DNA from: an uncultured Phycisphaerales bacterium
GTDB lineage: Bacteria; Planctomycetota; Phycisphaerae; Tepidisphaerales; Tepidisphaeraceae
Reading direction: 5' to 3'
Length of the DNA: 64,000 bases
Assembly (NCBI GenBank): GCA_963758525.1
Contig: CAVWVQ010000003.1
Coordinates: 4,832,001-4,896,000 of the forward strand
How positions within the stretch are numbered: position 1 is the stretch's first letter; every line of letters begins with the position of its first letter. Position numbers and translations under genes: made by a program. The notes below the pieces were generated by a model that ran no database searches, was not told the DNA's origin, and worked only from the letters and a program-made list of their open reading frames with translations. Positions 41,636 through 52,854 of this stretch are shown piece by piece.

Positions 41636-42676
41636 TTACGCGGGTATCGGGCGTTTCTTGTCGTGCTCCACGATCAGGCGTTCCCGGCGAGCCAGAGCCC
41701 AGTCCGATTCGGTCATCATTTTCGCAAGCGCCTCAAACCCGACGCGCGGTTTCCAGCCGAGGGTCGTCCGAACTTTGGTCGGGTCACCCAGCAGCAGATC
41801 GACCTCGGCGGGACGGAAGTAGCGTTGATCGACTTCGACGTATTTTTGCCAATCCAGCCCGAGTTGGCCGAACACCTTGTCGAGAAACTCGCGAACGCTG
41901 TGTGTTTCGCCGGTGGCGAGCACATAGTCATCGGGCGTGTCGTGCTGAAGCATCATCCACATCCCCTCGACGTAGTCGCCGGCAAACCCCCAGTCGCGCT
42001 TGGCATCCAGATTGCCCAGGTAAAGCTTTTCCTGCAGGCCTTCTTTGATGCGAGTGGCGGCGCGGGTGATTTTTCGCGTGACGAACGTTTCGCCGCGGCG
42101 CGGGCTCTCATGATTGAAGAGAATGCCGTTGCAGGCAAACATGTTGTACGACTCGCGATAGTTCACGGTCTGCCAGAAGCTGTAGACTTTCGCACAGGCG
42201 TAGGGGCTGCGGGGATAAAAAGGCGTTGTTTCCTTTTGCGGCGTTTCAACCACCTTGCCGTACTGTTCGCTGCTGGACGCCTGGTAGAACTTGATCGGCA
42301 GCCCGGTATCGCGGATCGCCTCAAGAAGATTCATGGTGCCTAGCGCATCGGTCTGCACGGTGTAGACCGGCTGATCGAAGCTGACACGGACGTGCGACTG
42401 CGCGCCGAGGTTATAGACCTCGTCAGGCTTCACTCGCGAGAGAATTTCGCGCAGACCGGTGCCGTCAACCAAATCTCCATAGTGGAGAAAGACGCGGGCG
42501 GTAGGGCTGTGCGGATCGACGTACAGATGCTCGATCCGCGCGGTATTGAACGAGCTGGACCGCCGGACGATCCCGTGAACGTCATACCCCTTGCCGAGCA
42601 GGAACTCAGCCAGATAAGAACCGTCTTGGCCGGTGATTCCGGTAATGAGTGCCTTGCGGCGTGTTTCAGATCGCAT
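41636..42676 (-). CDS. gmd: GDP-mannose 4,6-dehydratase
   Basis: [35 protein letters not shown]. Confidence 0.97.
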   Translation of the reverse strand: MRSETRRKALITGITGQDGSYLAEFLLGKGYDVHGIVRRSSSFNTARIEHLYVDPHSPTARVFLHYGDLVDGTGLREILSRVKPDEVYNLGAQSHVRVSFDQPVYTVQTDALGTMNLLEAIRDTGLPIKFYQASSSEQYGKVVETPQKETTPFYPRSPYACAKVYSFWQTVNYRESYNMFACNGILFNHESPRRGETFVTRKITRAATRIKEGLQEKLYLGNLDAKRDWGFAGDYVEGMWMMLQHDTPDDYVLATGETHSVREFLDKVFGQLGLDWQKYVEVDQRYFRPAEVDLLLGDPTKVRTTLGWKPRVGFEALAKMMTESDWALARRERLIVEHDKKRPIPA

Positions 42677-42719
42677 AGTGAAGTTTCCTGGGCTCAAAGC
42701 TGGCGCATCCTCGACAAGC

Positions 42720-42746
42720 TTATCGGCTCGCGAGCTAAAAAGATTA
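42720..42746 (-). promoter_or_regulatory. Putative sigma28 (FliA-type) promoter upstream of gmd
   Basis: Minus strand TAAT-N15-GCCGATAA versus consensus TAAA-N15-GCCGATAA. Confidence 0.55.
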
Positions 42747-42857
42747 ACACCTCACCCGCATTGCGGAAAGGCAAACATCCTCTTACCCTCGCGCTTTGGC
42801 GCTGCCAAGACCGAATTCCCTGCTAAAATACCGCGTTTGGCCGAGCCGGGCAATTTC

Positions 42858-43226
42858 ATGCTGTCATCGCTCAGAAATACATTTTTTGCCATCGTCATGC
42901 TCACGCTGGCAGGCGGAATCGCCCGCGCCGCCGTCGCGCCACCCTTTTATTCCGCGGTCGGCACCGCATTAACTCCGGAGGTCGGCGTGGTGAATACCGG
43001 CATCTTGCAGGATGCAAAGGGCATCGTCAGCGCCGATCACAAATACGTCACGATTACCATGGGCGGAACCAGCGCCGGCCTGCTGGCCCTGCAGGAGTTT
43101 AGTTTTCAGCAGGGCGGGATTGCTGCAGCCGACTCCAACGTCGATAGACTCGCAGCCGCGCAGGGCGCTCCGATGCCAGTCGTCGTAACGATCCTCGATC
43201 GAACCGGGATTACCCGCGTCGACTAA
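42858..43226 (+). CDS. Small secreted hypothetical protein
   Basis: Signal peptide ending ARA-A; co-oriented just upstream of the large AsmA-like gene. Confidence 0.55.
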   Translation: MLSSLRNTFFAIVMLTLAGGIARAAVAPPFYSAVGTALTPEVGVVNTGILQDAKGIVSADHKYVTITMGGTSAGLLALQEFSFQQGGIAAADSNVDRLAAAQGAPMPVVVTILDRTGITRVD

Positions 43227-43240
43227 ACCAAACCACACAG

Positions 43241-46200
43241 ATGGACAACCAGATGAATGAGAACGATCCGACTCCGATTCCCCCCGCCTCGGCAGCGCCG
43301 TCAGTCACTCCGTCCGCGCCCGGCGTCACGTCGACCGAAGCGAAGCCTCCCGCAAAGAAAAAACGCCGGCTCTGGCTCAAAATTGTCGGCGCACTCGTTG
43401 TCCTTCTGATTCTGCTCGTGCTGCTGATTCCGACGATCGCCAGCACCGGAATGGTACGGTCGATCGTTGTTGGAAAAATCAACGATCAACTCAACGGCAA
43501 GCTCGATATCGCGGACTGGTCGCTTGGGTGGACCAGCGGCGTTCGAATTGAAGGCTTGAAAGTCGTCGATGCCGACGGGAAAGAGGTTCTGTCTCTGAAA
43601 AGTCTCGACGCGCCGGTTTCGTTGATCGGACTGGCACGGGGAAACTATGACCTGCATCAAGTGGTGATCGACGGGCTGGATTTTCATGCTGTTCGGGAAA
43701 CTGACGGCACTCTCAACTTCGCAAAGCTAGCCAAGACGTCGCCATCGAAGGGCGGCGGGTCTCCCAACCCTCCAGCGAACGAAAATAAACCATCCGAGCC
43801 GGCAAATAGGCCGGAGTCCGGCAGCGCTCCACCCGCGTCCGCGCGGCCGGGCGAAACGAAGCTCCCTGACTTGCGTGGCGAAATTGTCCTGAAGAATTGC
43901 ACCGGCACGATCGACGATCTGCAGGCGAAGACGACCACGCAGCTCACGTCGCTCGAAGCGGACGTCAAAATTCCCGATATCAATCAGCCGATTGAAGACT
44001 CGCTCGACGCTACGCTTGATAACGGCAAGGGCGCGGCCGGCAAAATCTCGGCCAGCGGTAAGCTGCTTCTGGTCAAGAACAATGTGCTGCTCACCGATCC
44101 CGCGCAATTCATCCGCGAAGCGGACATCGACCAGAAAGCGACGCTCTCCGGTTTTGATCTCGCGACGATCGCGCCGTTCCTCGGCCGCGACTCAGGGATC
44201 AACGAAATTGCCGGCATTAGCGATGGCGAAGTGACGATCCGCTTCAAGCCGTCCAGCGACGCCGACATCAGCGCGATGCTGCATCTGGCCAAGCTCGCCG
44301 TTAGCGGCGAGGCGCTGAAAGGCGACACCTTTGCCGCGCAGAGCCTGGACGTGCAGGCCAATCACATCGCGCTGACGGTGCCGGCCGACGCGAAGGGTTT
44401 CGACGCCGCGCGTATTCGCACCGGCCCAACCGACGGCTCCGGGCCGGTCGCCATCACGCTTCTGCAGGACGGCGGATCGAAGTCGACAATCACCTTTTTT
44501 GCCGACGTGTCGCAAAGCGCACTCGGCCGGCTTGCAAAGAACCTTGCTCCCGGAGACTCCGGCACGCTCCGCGCGGCGGTCGATCTCGATCTCGCGCATC
44601 TGGCGACGAGCATGCCTCATTTGTTTGATCTGCAGCATGGATTGACGCTCAAGAGCGGCCGGCTGACCGAAGGGACCGCCGTCGATCTCACGCCCGACAA
44701 GCTCGCGCTGCACCAGACGGTTTCCGTCAGTGGGGTGGCAGGTCACAACAGCGCAACGAATTCCGATGTAGCGCTTGAGCCGATCGATCTGAGCGTGAAC
44801 GCGAACAGCCTGGGTGGTGGGGGGCCGCTGCCGGACGTGCGAAGCCTGAAGCTGAATCTAAGCAGTGGATTTGCGAATGCAACGGCCCAGGCCGACAGCA
44901 TCGACGACCTGGGCGCGGAGCTGCATGCGACGCTTCAGCAGGCTCAAAGCGAACTGGGGCAGATCATTGACTTCGGCAAGCTTCAGCTGGCGGGAAGTCT
45001 GGATGTGGCAGTCAGCTCCAAGGGAAACCTGCTTGGCGGTGCTTCCGCCGGCCCGGCGCATACCGCCGCGCTCGACGTGCATGGCACGCTGAAGGACTTG
45101 CGAGTCACGGGCGAAGGACGTCAGCCCGTCAGCGAGCCGCTGATGCAGTTTGCCGTCACCGGGCAACTGCATGGCAGCGACCAGCAACCGATCGAGCAGC
45201 TAAACGCGCTGGACGTGACGGCAATGGCCGGCGACGCGCAGCATCCGACGCTCGATACGCATCTCACCGCGGGACTGACGTTTCAAAAGCACGCCGGCGT
45301 CAAGCCGGAGGAAACATCCACGGCGATGGTGCTCGAGCAGGCGGTGATCCAGAAGCTCAATATCGATCTCGCCCAGGTGCAGCAGCAGTTCGGAGGGCTG
45401 ATTCCCGCGCTCTCCAACGTCCGGATCGGTGCAGGGATGGTGATTGTGGGTGGTTCAGTCAAACGCGCCGGAGCCATCACTCACAGCACCATTCAGGCGT
45501 TCGTGCAAAACCTCGATTTGCAGCAGCTTCCCGACGCCAAATCCGGCCGAGGCCCCGTCCCGCTCCTCAGCGGGTACACGCTGCGCATGCTGGCCGACGG
45601 ATCGCTCACCAACGATTCAGGCGGCTCTAATTTCAACCTGGCGACACTGGAAATGAGCGACAATCAGAAGCTGCTGACGGTCCAGAAGACCGACGCCCAG
45701 GTGCAGCTCACCACAGGCAGCGGAGCGAACGCCAAAAGTGTCGGCCTGCTGGATATGGTGCAGAAGGCTGATGCGTCCATCTCGATTGCGCTGTCGAAGC
45801 TCAGCGCAATATCGAACGCGATGTCGCCCGCCGGGGAGTCGAAGGTCGCCGCTGCCGGCGGAGCGCCGCCTGCGGCCCCCAAGCCAAAACCGTTGATCAC
45901 GGCAGGCAGCGCGACGGTGACGCTCAGCGTTACGCGAGCCAACGGACAGTTGAGGATCGTCCCCAGGGTGAATGTTTCCAACGATCTTGCAGTCGCCGCT
46001 GGGGATCAGAGCCAGGTGGTTGGGCCGATCGATTTCGCCACTGACATCGCCGTGACCCCGGCAAATGTGCCGCTTTCGAATGACCCGTCCGCACCCGCGC
46101 CGACCTTGCTCGACCAGATCAAGCAGCTTGATATCGCCGATCTGTCGGCGCACGCGGCTGGATCCGAGATCACGCTCAAACAGCCGTTGCACATCACCGA

Positions 46201-47809
46201 CGTTGCCGGGCTCACGCGATTGATACCCTCAACGCAGCCGACCGCCGTCGCCGCAGGGCCGGCGCCATCGCTTAGCGCTGCGCTGTTGATCAAGGGAGAT
46301 ATCGCGCCGATCACCCATCTGCTGGAGACACTCGACGCGGCCGCCGCCGGGTCGGAATACCCTTATACCGGAGCATTTCAGCTCGACGAAACCGTCGGAA
46401 CTGCCGACGGGAACATGACCATCAATGGTCAGGGGGATGTCACTCAATTCGCTCTTCACAATGGGAGTGCCGTCACCTTTTCGGAATCGGATATCCACCT
46501 CGCCAATGACGTCGGTTTGGAGTCCGGCGGCAAGAATCTGAAAATCGGCAACGTTTCGCTGGAGATGCAGAGCAGCAAGGCGCTGAGCCTGGCCGTCAAG
46601 GGTGAGCTGCTCGATCTGGCCACGCAGCGGACGTTTCAAAACGTCACCGCCGATCTGACGTACGACGCTGCGCCGTTGTGGAAGATCGTTCTGCCGTTGC
46701 TTTCAAAGGATTCGCAGGAGCAGTTCAAGGATGCGGTGGTTTCCGGGAAGTTCACCAAACAGTTCGCGGTGACCGGCAGTTTTCCAGCCGAGGGAGCGTT
46801 CAACGATCGCATCAAAAACCTCTCGGCCTCGGGCGGCCTGGAGCTGGGCGTCTTCCAGGGTCAGGGGATCGATCTGCAAAAGCTCAATGTCCCCATTTTC
46901 ATGAAGAACGGGAAAATCTTCATCGCCAATTCCGACAAGCCCGGCGACTACGCGCCGCCGGCATCGATGAACGGAGGCACCCTCTCGCTGAGCGGCGTGA
47001 TGCTTGACCTCAGCGATCCGCATCGAACCGCGTCGCTAAACCCCAATTCGCAGGTCATGAAAAATGTCGGCCTGAATACCGCGCTGTCACATCTCCTCGG
47101 CAAGAATTTCGGCAACTTCCTCTTTGCCAATGCCGGCGGGTCGACCGGATTGATGAACGTCATGGTTGAGAAGTGCGATCAGGTTCCCACCGATGACACG
47201 ATGAAGCAGAATGTCCCCTCGAACAAGGGAATGCTCGCGATGGACGTGTCGATCCAGGACCTGTCCCTGACGGGCGGAACGCTGGGAAAAGTGCTCGAGG
47301 GGATTGGACCGGTCGTGCAGGTCTTCTCCAAGGGCCAGGGGGTCGCCACCGGCAGCATCAAGGGAAGCGTCAAGAACTATAAGATAACGCTCGCCCACGG
47401 CATCACCACGCACGATATGACCATCACGCTTGGCGAGCACCAACGCTCCATGCACCTGGCCAGCACGGTCGATCTCCTCAAATTGCAGTTGAAAGACACG
47501 GTCCTCACCCTCCCCGTCTCGCTCTTCGGAATGAGCGACGATCAGTGGCCCAATGGCATCAACCTCGCTCTCACCGGGTCGGTCGCTTCGCCCAAGTTCG
47601 ATGCCGTCGCCGCGGTACAGAAGAGCGTGATCGGCAAAGGCAATCCCCTGGACCTGATCAAGAACGCGATCGGCGGAAAAAAGAAGAAGAAGGGTTCATC
47701 GGATTCGTCCGGCGGGAACAATGACATCAACAATGCCGTCAACGGACTTGAGGGTTTGCTTGGCGGCAAGAAGAAAAACACGCCCCCGGCGACGCAGCCG
47801 GGCGAGTGA
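43241..47809 (+). CDS. Large AsmA-like envelope protein, 1522 aa
   Basis: Basic patch and single N-terminal TM anchor, WSLGWTSG, long beta-rich body, C-terminal LALTGSVASPK. Confidence 0.65.
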   Translation: MDNQMNENDPTPIPPASAAPSVTPSAPGVTSTEAKPPAKKKRRLWLKIVGALVVLLILLVLLIPTIASTGMVRSIVVGKINDQLNGKLDIADWSLGWTSGVRIEGLKVVDADGKEVLSLKSLDAPVSLIGLARGNYDLHQVVIDGLDFHAVRETDGTLNFAKLAKTSPSKGGGSPNPPANENKPSEPANRPESGSAPPASARPGETKLPDLRGEIVLKNCTGTIDDLQAKTTTQLTSLEADVKIPDINQPIEDSLDATLDNGKGAAGKISASGKLLLVKNNVLLTDPAQFIREADIDQKATLSGFDLATIAPFLGRDSGINEIAGISDGEVTIRFKPSSDADISAMLHLAKLAVSGEALKGDTFAAQSLDVQANHIALTVPADAKGFDAARIRTGPTDGSGPVAITLLQDGGSKSTITFFADVSQSALGRLAKNLAPGDSGTLRAAVDLDLAHLATSMPHLFDLQHGLTLKSGRLTEGTAVDLTPDKLALHQTVSVSGVAGHNSATNSDVALEPIDLSVNANSLGGGGPLPDVRSLKLNLSSGFANATAQADSIDDLGAELHATLQQAQSELGQIIDFGKLQLAGSLDVAVSSKGNLLGGASAGPAHTAALDVHGTLKDLRVTGEGRQPVSEPLMQFAVTGQLHGSDQQPIEQLNALDVTAMAGDAQHPTLDTHLTAGLTFQKHAGVKPEETSTAMVLEQAVIQKLNIDLAQVQQQFGGLIPALSNVRIGAGMVIVGGSVKRAGAITHSTIQAFVQNLDLQQLPDAKSGRGPVPLLSGYTLRMLADGSLTNDSGGSNFNLATLEMSDNQKLLTVQKTDAQVQLTTGSGANAKSVGLLDMVQKADASISIALSKLSAISNAMSPAGESKVAAAGGAPPAAPKPKPLITAGSATVTLSVTRANGQLRIVPRVNVSNDLAVAAGDQSQVVGPIDFATDIAVTPANVPLSNDPSAPAPTLLDQIKQLDIADLSAHAAGSEITLKQPLHITDVAGLTRLIPSTQPTAVAAGPAPSLSAALLIKGDIAPITHLLETLDAAAAGSEYPYTGAFQLDETVGTADGNMTINGQGDVTQFALHNGSAVTFSESDIHLANDVGLESGGKNLKIGNVSLEMQSSKALSLAVKGELLDLATQRTFQNVTADLTYDAAPLWKIVLPLLSKDSQEQFKDAVVSGKFTKQFAVTGSFPAEGAFNDRIKNLSASGGLELGVFQGQGIDLQKLNVPIFMKNGKIFIANSDKPGDYAPPASMNGGTLSLSGVMLDLSDPHRTASLNPNSQVMKNVGLNTALSHLLGKNFGNFLFANAGGSTGLMNVMVEKCDQVPTDDTMKQNVPSNKGMLAMDVSIQDLSLTGGTLGKVLEGIGPVVQVFSKGQGVATGSIKGSVKNYKITLAHGITTHDMTITLGEHQRSMHLASTVDLLKLQLKDTVLTLPVSLFGMSDDQWPNGINLALTGSVASPKFDAVAAVQKSVIGKGNPLDLIKNAIGGKKKKKGSSDSSGGNNDINNAVNGLEGLLGGKKKNTPPATQPGE

Positions 47810-47821
47810 GGTTCAGCGCAT

Positions 47822-48054
47822 GTGAGGGTGTCAGGGTGTCAGGGTTCAGGGTTCAGGGTTCAGGAGAAGAGGCGATAGACGGATCGCCCAGCATCGACGC
47901 TCTAGCCCAGTTCAGTAGCCGCCCTTCCGTATTCCCTGAACCCTGAACCCTGAACCCTGTTCCGTATTCCCTGAACCCTGAACCCCGACACCCTGAACCC
48001 CGGCACCCTGAACCCTGAACCCTGAACCCCGACACCCTGAACCCTGACCCTCAC
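47822..48054. repeat. Inverted heptamer tandem-repeat arrays (AGGGTTC)n ... (CCCTGAA)n
   Basis: About 5 units at 47825-47864 and more than 12 complementary units at 47933-48054. Confidence 0.9.
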
Positions 48055-48221
48055 GTCGTCCCATAAACGACAAGCACTTACGCTTCGCGCGATTCGAGGC
48101 GCTTTCATCTCACTTGCCGCGTCAACGAACCGATGGTAAGTTCCGACGCCTTGCTTGGGGCCGGCTTCGCCCGGTCCGATACATTCTGAACTCAATACCC
48201 CCGACCCGGGAGGAGATCTTC

Positions 48222-49451
<1,230 letters not shown>

Positions 49452-49661
49452 AGTCGGTTCTCGCGCCAGTCACAACGAGTAACCATGAACGAAGCCCGGA
49501 GAGCAATCTCCGGGCTTCTTTCTGCGCCCGCATCTGCCGCTTCGCTATCTGATACATCTGATACCTTGAGGGTTGGAAGAATAATCCAACGCCTTCGCGA
49601 CCAAAAGCCGGAAAACTGACATAGGTCAGCGAATGACGATCGGTTCTGATATAATCGCGCC

Positions 49662-49930
49662 ATGGGTAAAGTCTCAGCACGCTCTCGAGCCCCTCATGCA
49701 AAGTCTGCTGAGTCATTCTCGTCGCTTCTCACGCGGCGACGCCGCATTCTTGACGAACTGGCGGAACTCGATCTTCAGCTCGCGCGCGCCGGAACAAGAT
49801 CGGATCGCAGGCCGGCGCCACCGAGATAGAGAAACTAGGTCGGGCCGGCGCGTTGCTTGCCGCCACGGTTTGGCCGGAAGACGATTTTTCGGATTGGCGG
49901 AAGCCAAATGCACAACCCGCGCCGCGATGA
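49662..49930 (+). CDS. Putative antitoxin upstream of mazF; probably frameshifted near 49800-49825
   Basis: ATG 6 nt after TATAAT; shifted frame gives acidic WPEDDFSDW tail overlapping the toxin start. Confidence 0.4.
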
Positions 49931-50234
49931 AGTGTGGTGGGCAGAACTTCCAGAGACTGGCACGCGTCCTGTGCTCATTTTAACCCGCGCGAAGATGGTT
50001 AGCCGGCTGGCGAACGTAACGGTCGCTCCCTTAACGACTACCGTGCGAAGCGTTGCCACTGAAGTTGAATTGGACCCGTCAAGGCATGGTGTCCCGGCCC
50101 GTTGCGCAATCTCACTCGATAATATTCTTACGATTCCAAGGAGTTCGCTCCTCGAAAAGATTGCCACGCTTGATGCCCGGACCATGGATCTGCTGTGTGA
50201 AGCAATCCGCATTGCGCTTGACCTTCCACGCTGA
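49908..50234 (+). CDS. mazF: PemK/MazF-family endoribonuclease toxin
   Basis: RRDEVWWAEL, RPVLIL, VAPLTT, ISLDNI motifs. Confidence 0.88.
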   Translation: MHNPRRDEVWWAELPETGTRPVLILTRAKMVSRLANVTVAPLTTTVRSVATEVELDPSRHGVPARCAISLDNILTIPRSSLLEKIATLDARTMDLLCEAIRIALDLPR

Positions 50235-50384
50235 GCTTCTGCTTGTGATGGCAAGCTTACGGCCGATTCAGATTGGACTAGTCTCATTCTCCGCGCTATC
50301 GTTTTGTACGCGTGAGGCATGTTGCCCACGCGATCTTTTCTAATCCCCGCCGAGCGCGATTGCCTTGGCGAGAAGGAGTTGAAT

Positions 50385-50864
50385 ATGTGCGGCACTTCCT
50401 GGGCTCGTCGCCCACACTGCGGTCCCTTTCATTCCGGTTTTTCCCGTAACCCCGAGGCTCATGCCTGGGGTGGAGGGTGGTTCATGCGTCATGGTCACGA
50501 TGACGAGGGTTTTGGCCGATCCGGCCCGTTTGGCATCCGCCGGCCGTTGAGGTTTCTGGCTCACAAGCTCGATCTCAACGAACAGCAGATCACGCAATTG
50601 GCACGCATTCTTGACGAGCTCAAGACCGAGCGCGCTCAGGCGGAAGTAGATGATCGCCGATCTCTTTCCGACTTTGCCGACGCACTGGGCGGCGAAGCGT
50701 TTGATGCGGTGAAAGCCGCCGCTGCCGGCGATCGACGCACGACCAGCGCAACCCGTCTCCGCGACGCCGTCGTGCGCGCGTTGCAGCAGATTCACGCGCT
50801 GCTGAACCCAGATCAGCGCGGCCGACTCGCGTACCTGATTCGCGCCGGCGTGCTTTCGCTGTAA
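50385..50864 (+). CDS. Spy/CpxP-like (LTXXQ) helical protein
   Basis: LDLNEQQ and LLNPDQR motifs; AAGGAG RBS. Confidence 0.7.
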   Translation: MCGTSWARRPHCGPFHSGFSRNPEAHAWGGGWFMRHGHDDEGFGRSGPFGIRRPLRFLAHKLDLNEQQITQLARILDELKTERAQAEVDDRRSLSDFADALGGEAFDAVKAAAAGDRRTTSATRLRDAVVRALQQIHALLNPDQRGRLAYLIRAGVLSL

Positions 50865-50896
50865 CGGTTCGACCTGTTGTCATCGTTTGATTGTTT

Positions 50897-51014
50897 CCCC
50901 CCCGGGTTAGCCGCGACGCGCAGCGGAGCGTTTGGGAGCGCTCCTTGGACATTGATCCGGAGAACAAAGCGTGCTCCGAAACGCTCCGCTGCGCGTCGCG
51001 GCTAGCCGGGGGGG
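50897..51014. repeat. Long inverted repeat (REP/MITE-like hairpin, ~43-bp arms)
   Basis: TAGCCGCGACGCGCAGCGGAGCGTTT ... AAACGCTCCGCTGCGCGTCGCGGCTA flanked by C7 and G7. Confidence 0.85.
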
Positions 51015-51104
51015 ATCCCGTTTAAAATTGCTCCGCTCTGAATCGTTACCAGTCACGAGCTGATATCGCTATTCCTGCAGCTGTCGTTGAGCCGATAAAA
51101 CCAA

Positions 51105-51854
51105 ATGAGGTCGGCCGTCATGTTGCGAGAGTTAATAGCGTTGCTGCCCGAATCGCTGGGTGAATGCTCATTGAGTGTCGCCATCGGAGGGGCCGTCATC
51201 GGCGCGGGCTTTTGGCTCGCTGGGGCGCGTTTTAGCCGTTCGCTCGTAACGCTCATTGCCGTCGCGATCGGGACGAGCGTCGGCATGCGCCTGCCGAACT
51301 GGCTCGGATGGAGCATCGACGGGATGGCCGTCGGTGTTGGAGGGGCCGTGGTCCTTGGTGTCAGCGGATATCTGCTGCATCGCACCTGGATCGGGTTGTA
51401 CCTCAGCTTGCTCTTGACGCTCTGGGCGGTCGCCGGCTCATGGACCGTCCTTATGCGATCGCAAACGTTGATTCCGTTATCGGTCGATTGGAAAACTGGC
51501 ATGGTTGCGGCCTTCGAGTCGATGTGGAATCAGTTGCCGACGACGCTGGTGCACGCTGTCGCGATTGCCGCAGGCGCGGGTTTGCTCGCAGGAGTGAGTA
51601 TGACGATTTTCTGGCCCAGACTGAGCCGGGTGACAACCTGGAGTCTTGCCGGGGTCACGCTGCTGCTGACCATGCTCGGCGCGGCTGAGCAGACGACGCA
51701 TTCAAACTGGGTGACGGCGATCAAACTGAATGACGCCTCGCAGGCATCGGCTCTGTTCGGACTGGTCCTGATCGGGGGACTGATTCAGTGGTGTTTGACG
51801 TCGCGTGCTCACCAAAGCACCGCGACGAGAACGCCGCTGCCGATGGACGATTGA
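51105..51854 (+). CDS. Multi-pass membrane protein (DUF4203-like)
   Basis: About seven Gly-rich TM helices. Confidence 0.6.
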   Translation: MRSAVMLRELIALLPESLGECSLSVAIGGAVIGAGFWLAGARFSRSLVTLIAVAIGTSVGMRLPNWLGWSIDGMAVGVGGAVVLGVSGYLLHRTWIGLYLSLLLTLWAVAGSWTVLMRSQTLIPLSVDWKTGMVAAFESMWNQLPTTLVHAVAIAAGAGLLAGVSMTIFWPRLSRVTTWSLAGVTLLLTMLGAAEQTTHSNWVTAIKLNDASQASALFGLVLIGGLIQWCLTSRAHQSTATRTPLPMDD

Positions 51855-51865
51855 GAGGTAAGAAC

Positions 51866-52546
51866 GTGGCTCAAGAATCTGAAGCATCTTCGACTGTCGC
51901 TGGCGGGAGCTCGTGGTTGCACTATCTGACGCACTGGCCGGCCCAGCATGATCTGCTCAACACCTGCCATGACATGGCGCCCGGAGTTGCGGCACTGCTG
52001 GTGCTGCTCGGGGTGGTCTACCTGCTCTTCGGTTTCAATATCTACAAAGGACTGGTGATCCTCAACGCTGCCGTCCTCGGCGCGGCGCTGGGGGCGGCCC
52101 TGGGCGAAAGCAACCACATTGAGGTGCCGCTGGCGATTGTCGGCAGCTTCGCCTCCGCCGCCATCACCTGGCCGCTGATGAAGTGGGCCGTGGCCGTGAT
52201 GGGCGGGCTTTTCGGCGCAGTCTTGGGCGCCAGCATCTGGCGACTGTGCAATCTCGATCCGCAATTCGCCTGGGCGGGCGCCGCCACCGGCATGGTCACC
52301 CTCGGCCTGCTTTCATTCATCCTCTTCCGCGGGTGCATCATGATGTACACGAGCCTTCAGGGCTCTTCGATGCTCATCTTCGGCATCATCTCCCTGCTCT
52401 CGCGGCACGAGAGCATCCTCCGCACCATCAGCGAGAACATCAATCTGCGCCCGCTGCTCCTGCCGATCACCATCTTCATCCCCGCCATCGTCGGCCTGAT
52501 TTACCAGCAGCACAACGGCGGAAGCGTCGGGCCGCAAAAACACTAG
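51866..52546 (+). CDS. Multi-pass membrane protein (DUF4203-like)
   Basis: LLFGFNIYK, TSLQGS, LIYQQ pattern; GAGG RBS before GTG. Confidence 0.65.
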   Translation: MAQESEASSTVAGGSSWLHYLTHWPAQHDLLNTCHDMAPGVAALLVLLGVVYLLFGFNIYKGLVILNAAVLGAALGAALGESNHIEVPLAIVGSFASAAITWPLMKWAVAVMGGLFGAVLGASIWRLCNLDPQFAWAGAATGMVTLGLLSFILFRGCIMMYTSLQGSSMLIFGIISLLSRHESILRTISENINLRPLLLPITIFIPAIVGLIYQQHNGGSVGPQKH

Positions 52547-52789
52547 ATGAGTTGCGATCCAGCGATTCTGAAGGCTCCCGCGCTTCAATCACCGCAGCAG
52601 CCCCTGTAGCCGCTGATGTACATCCGCGGCTGCTTTGTGTTGCAGTAAGCACGGCCCCCAGGCTGTCAATCTTGCAGTTTCCCGCGCGCCACATCCGCCA
52701 ATGGCAGCAGGCACCTTTGGGGCGGCGGCGAGCGGCTTGCGCAACGCGTTCTTTTGCAATACGTTACTGCAGGCTACATCGCCCCGGAC

Positions 52790-52805
52790 TGGCCCCACCT
52801 TTGCA
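52790..52805 (+). promoter_or_regulatory. Putative sigma54 promoter upstream of clpB
   Basis: TGGCCCCACCTTTGCA with GG-N10-GC spacing, 50 bp before the ATG. Confidence 0.6.
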
Positions 52806-52854
52806 ATGAAGCCTCGCGGCGTGGGATGCGCTGACGTCCTGCGCTGGAGGCATC

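Noticed and set aside
47822..48054. CRISPR array or telomere-like sequence
   Set aside because: Units are 7-8 bp with no unique spacers, no cas genes are present, and the position is internal
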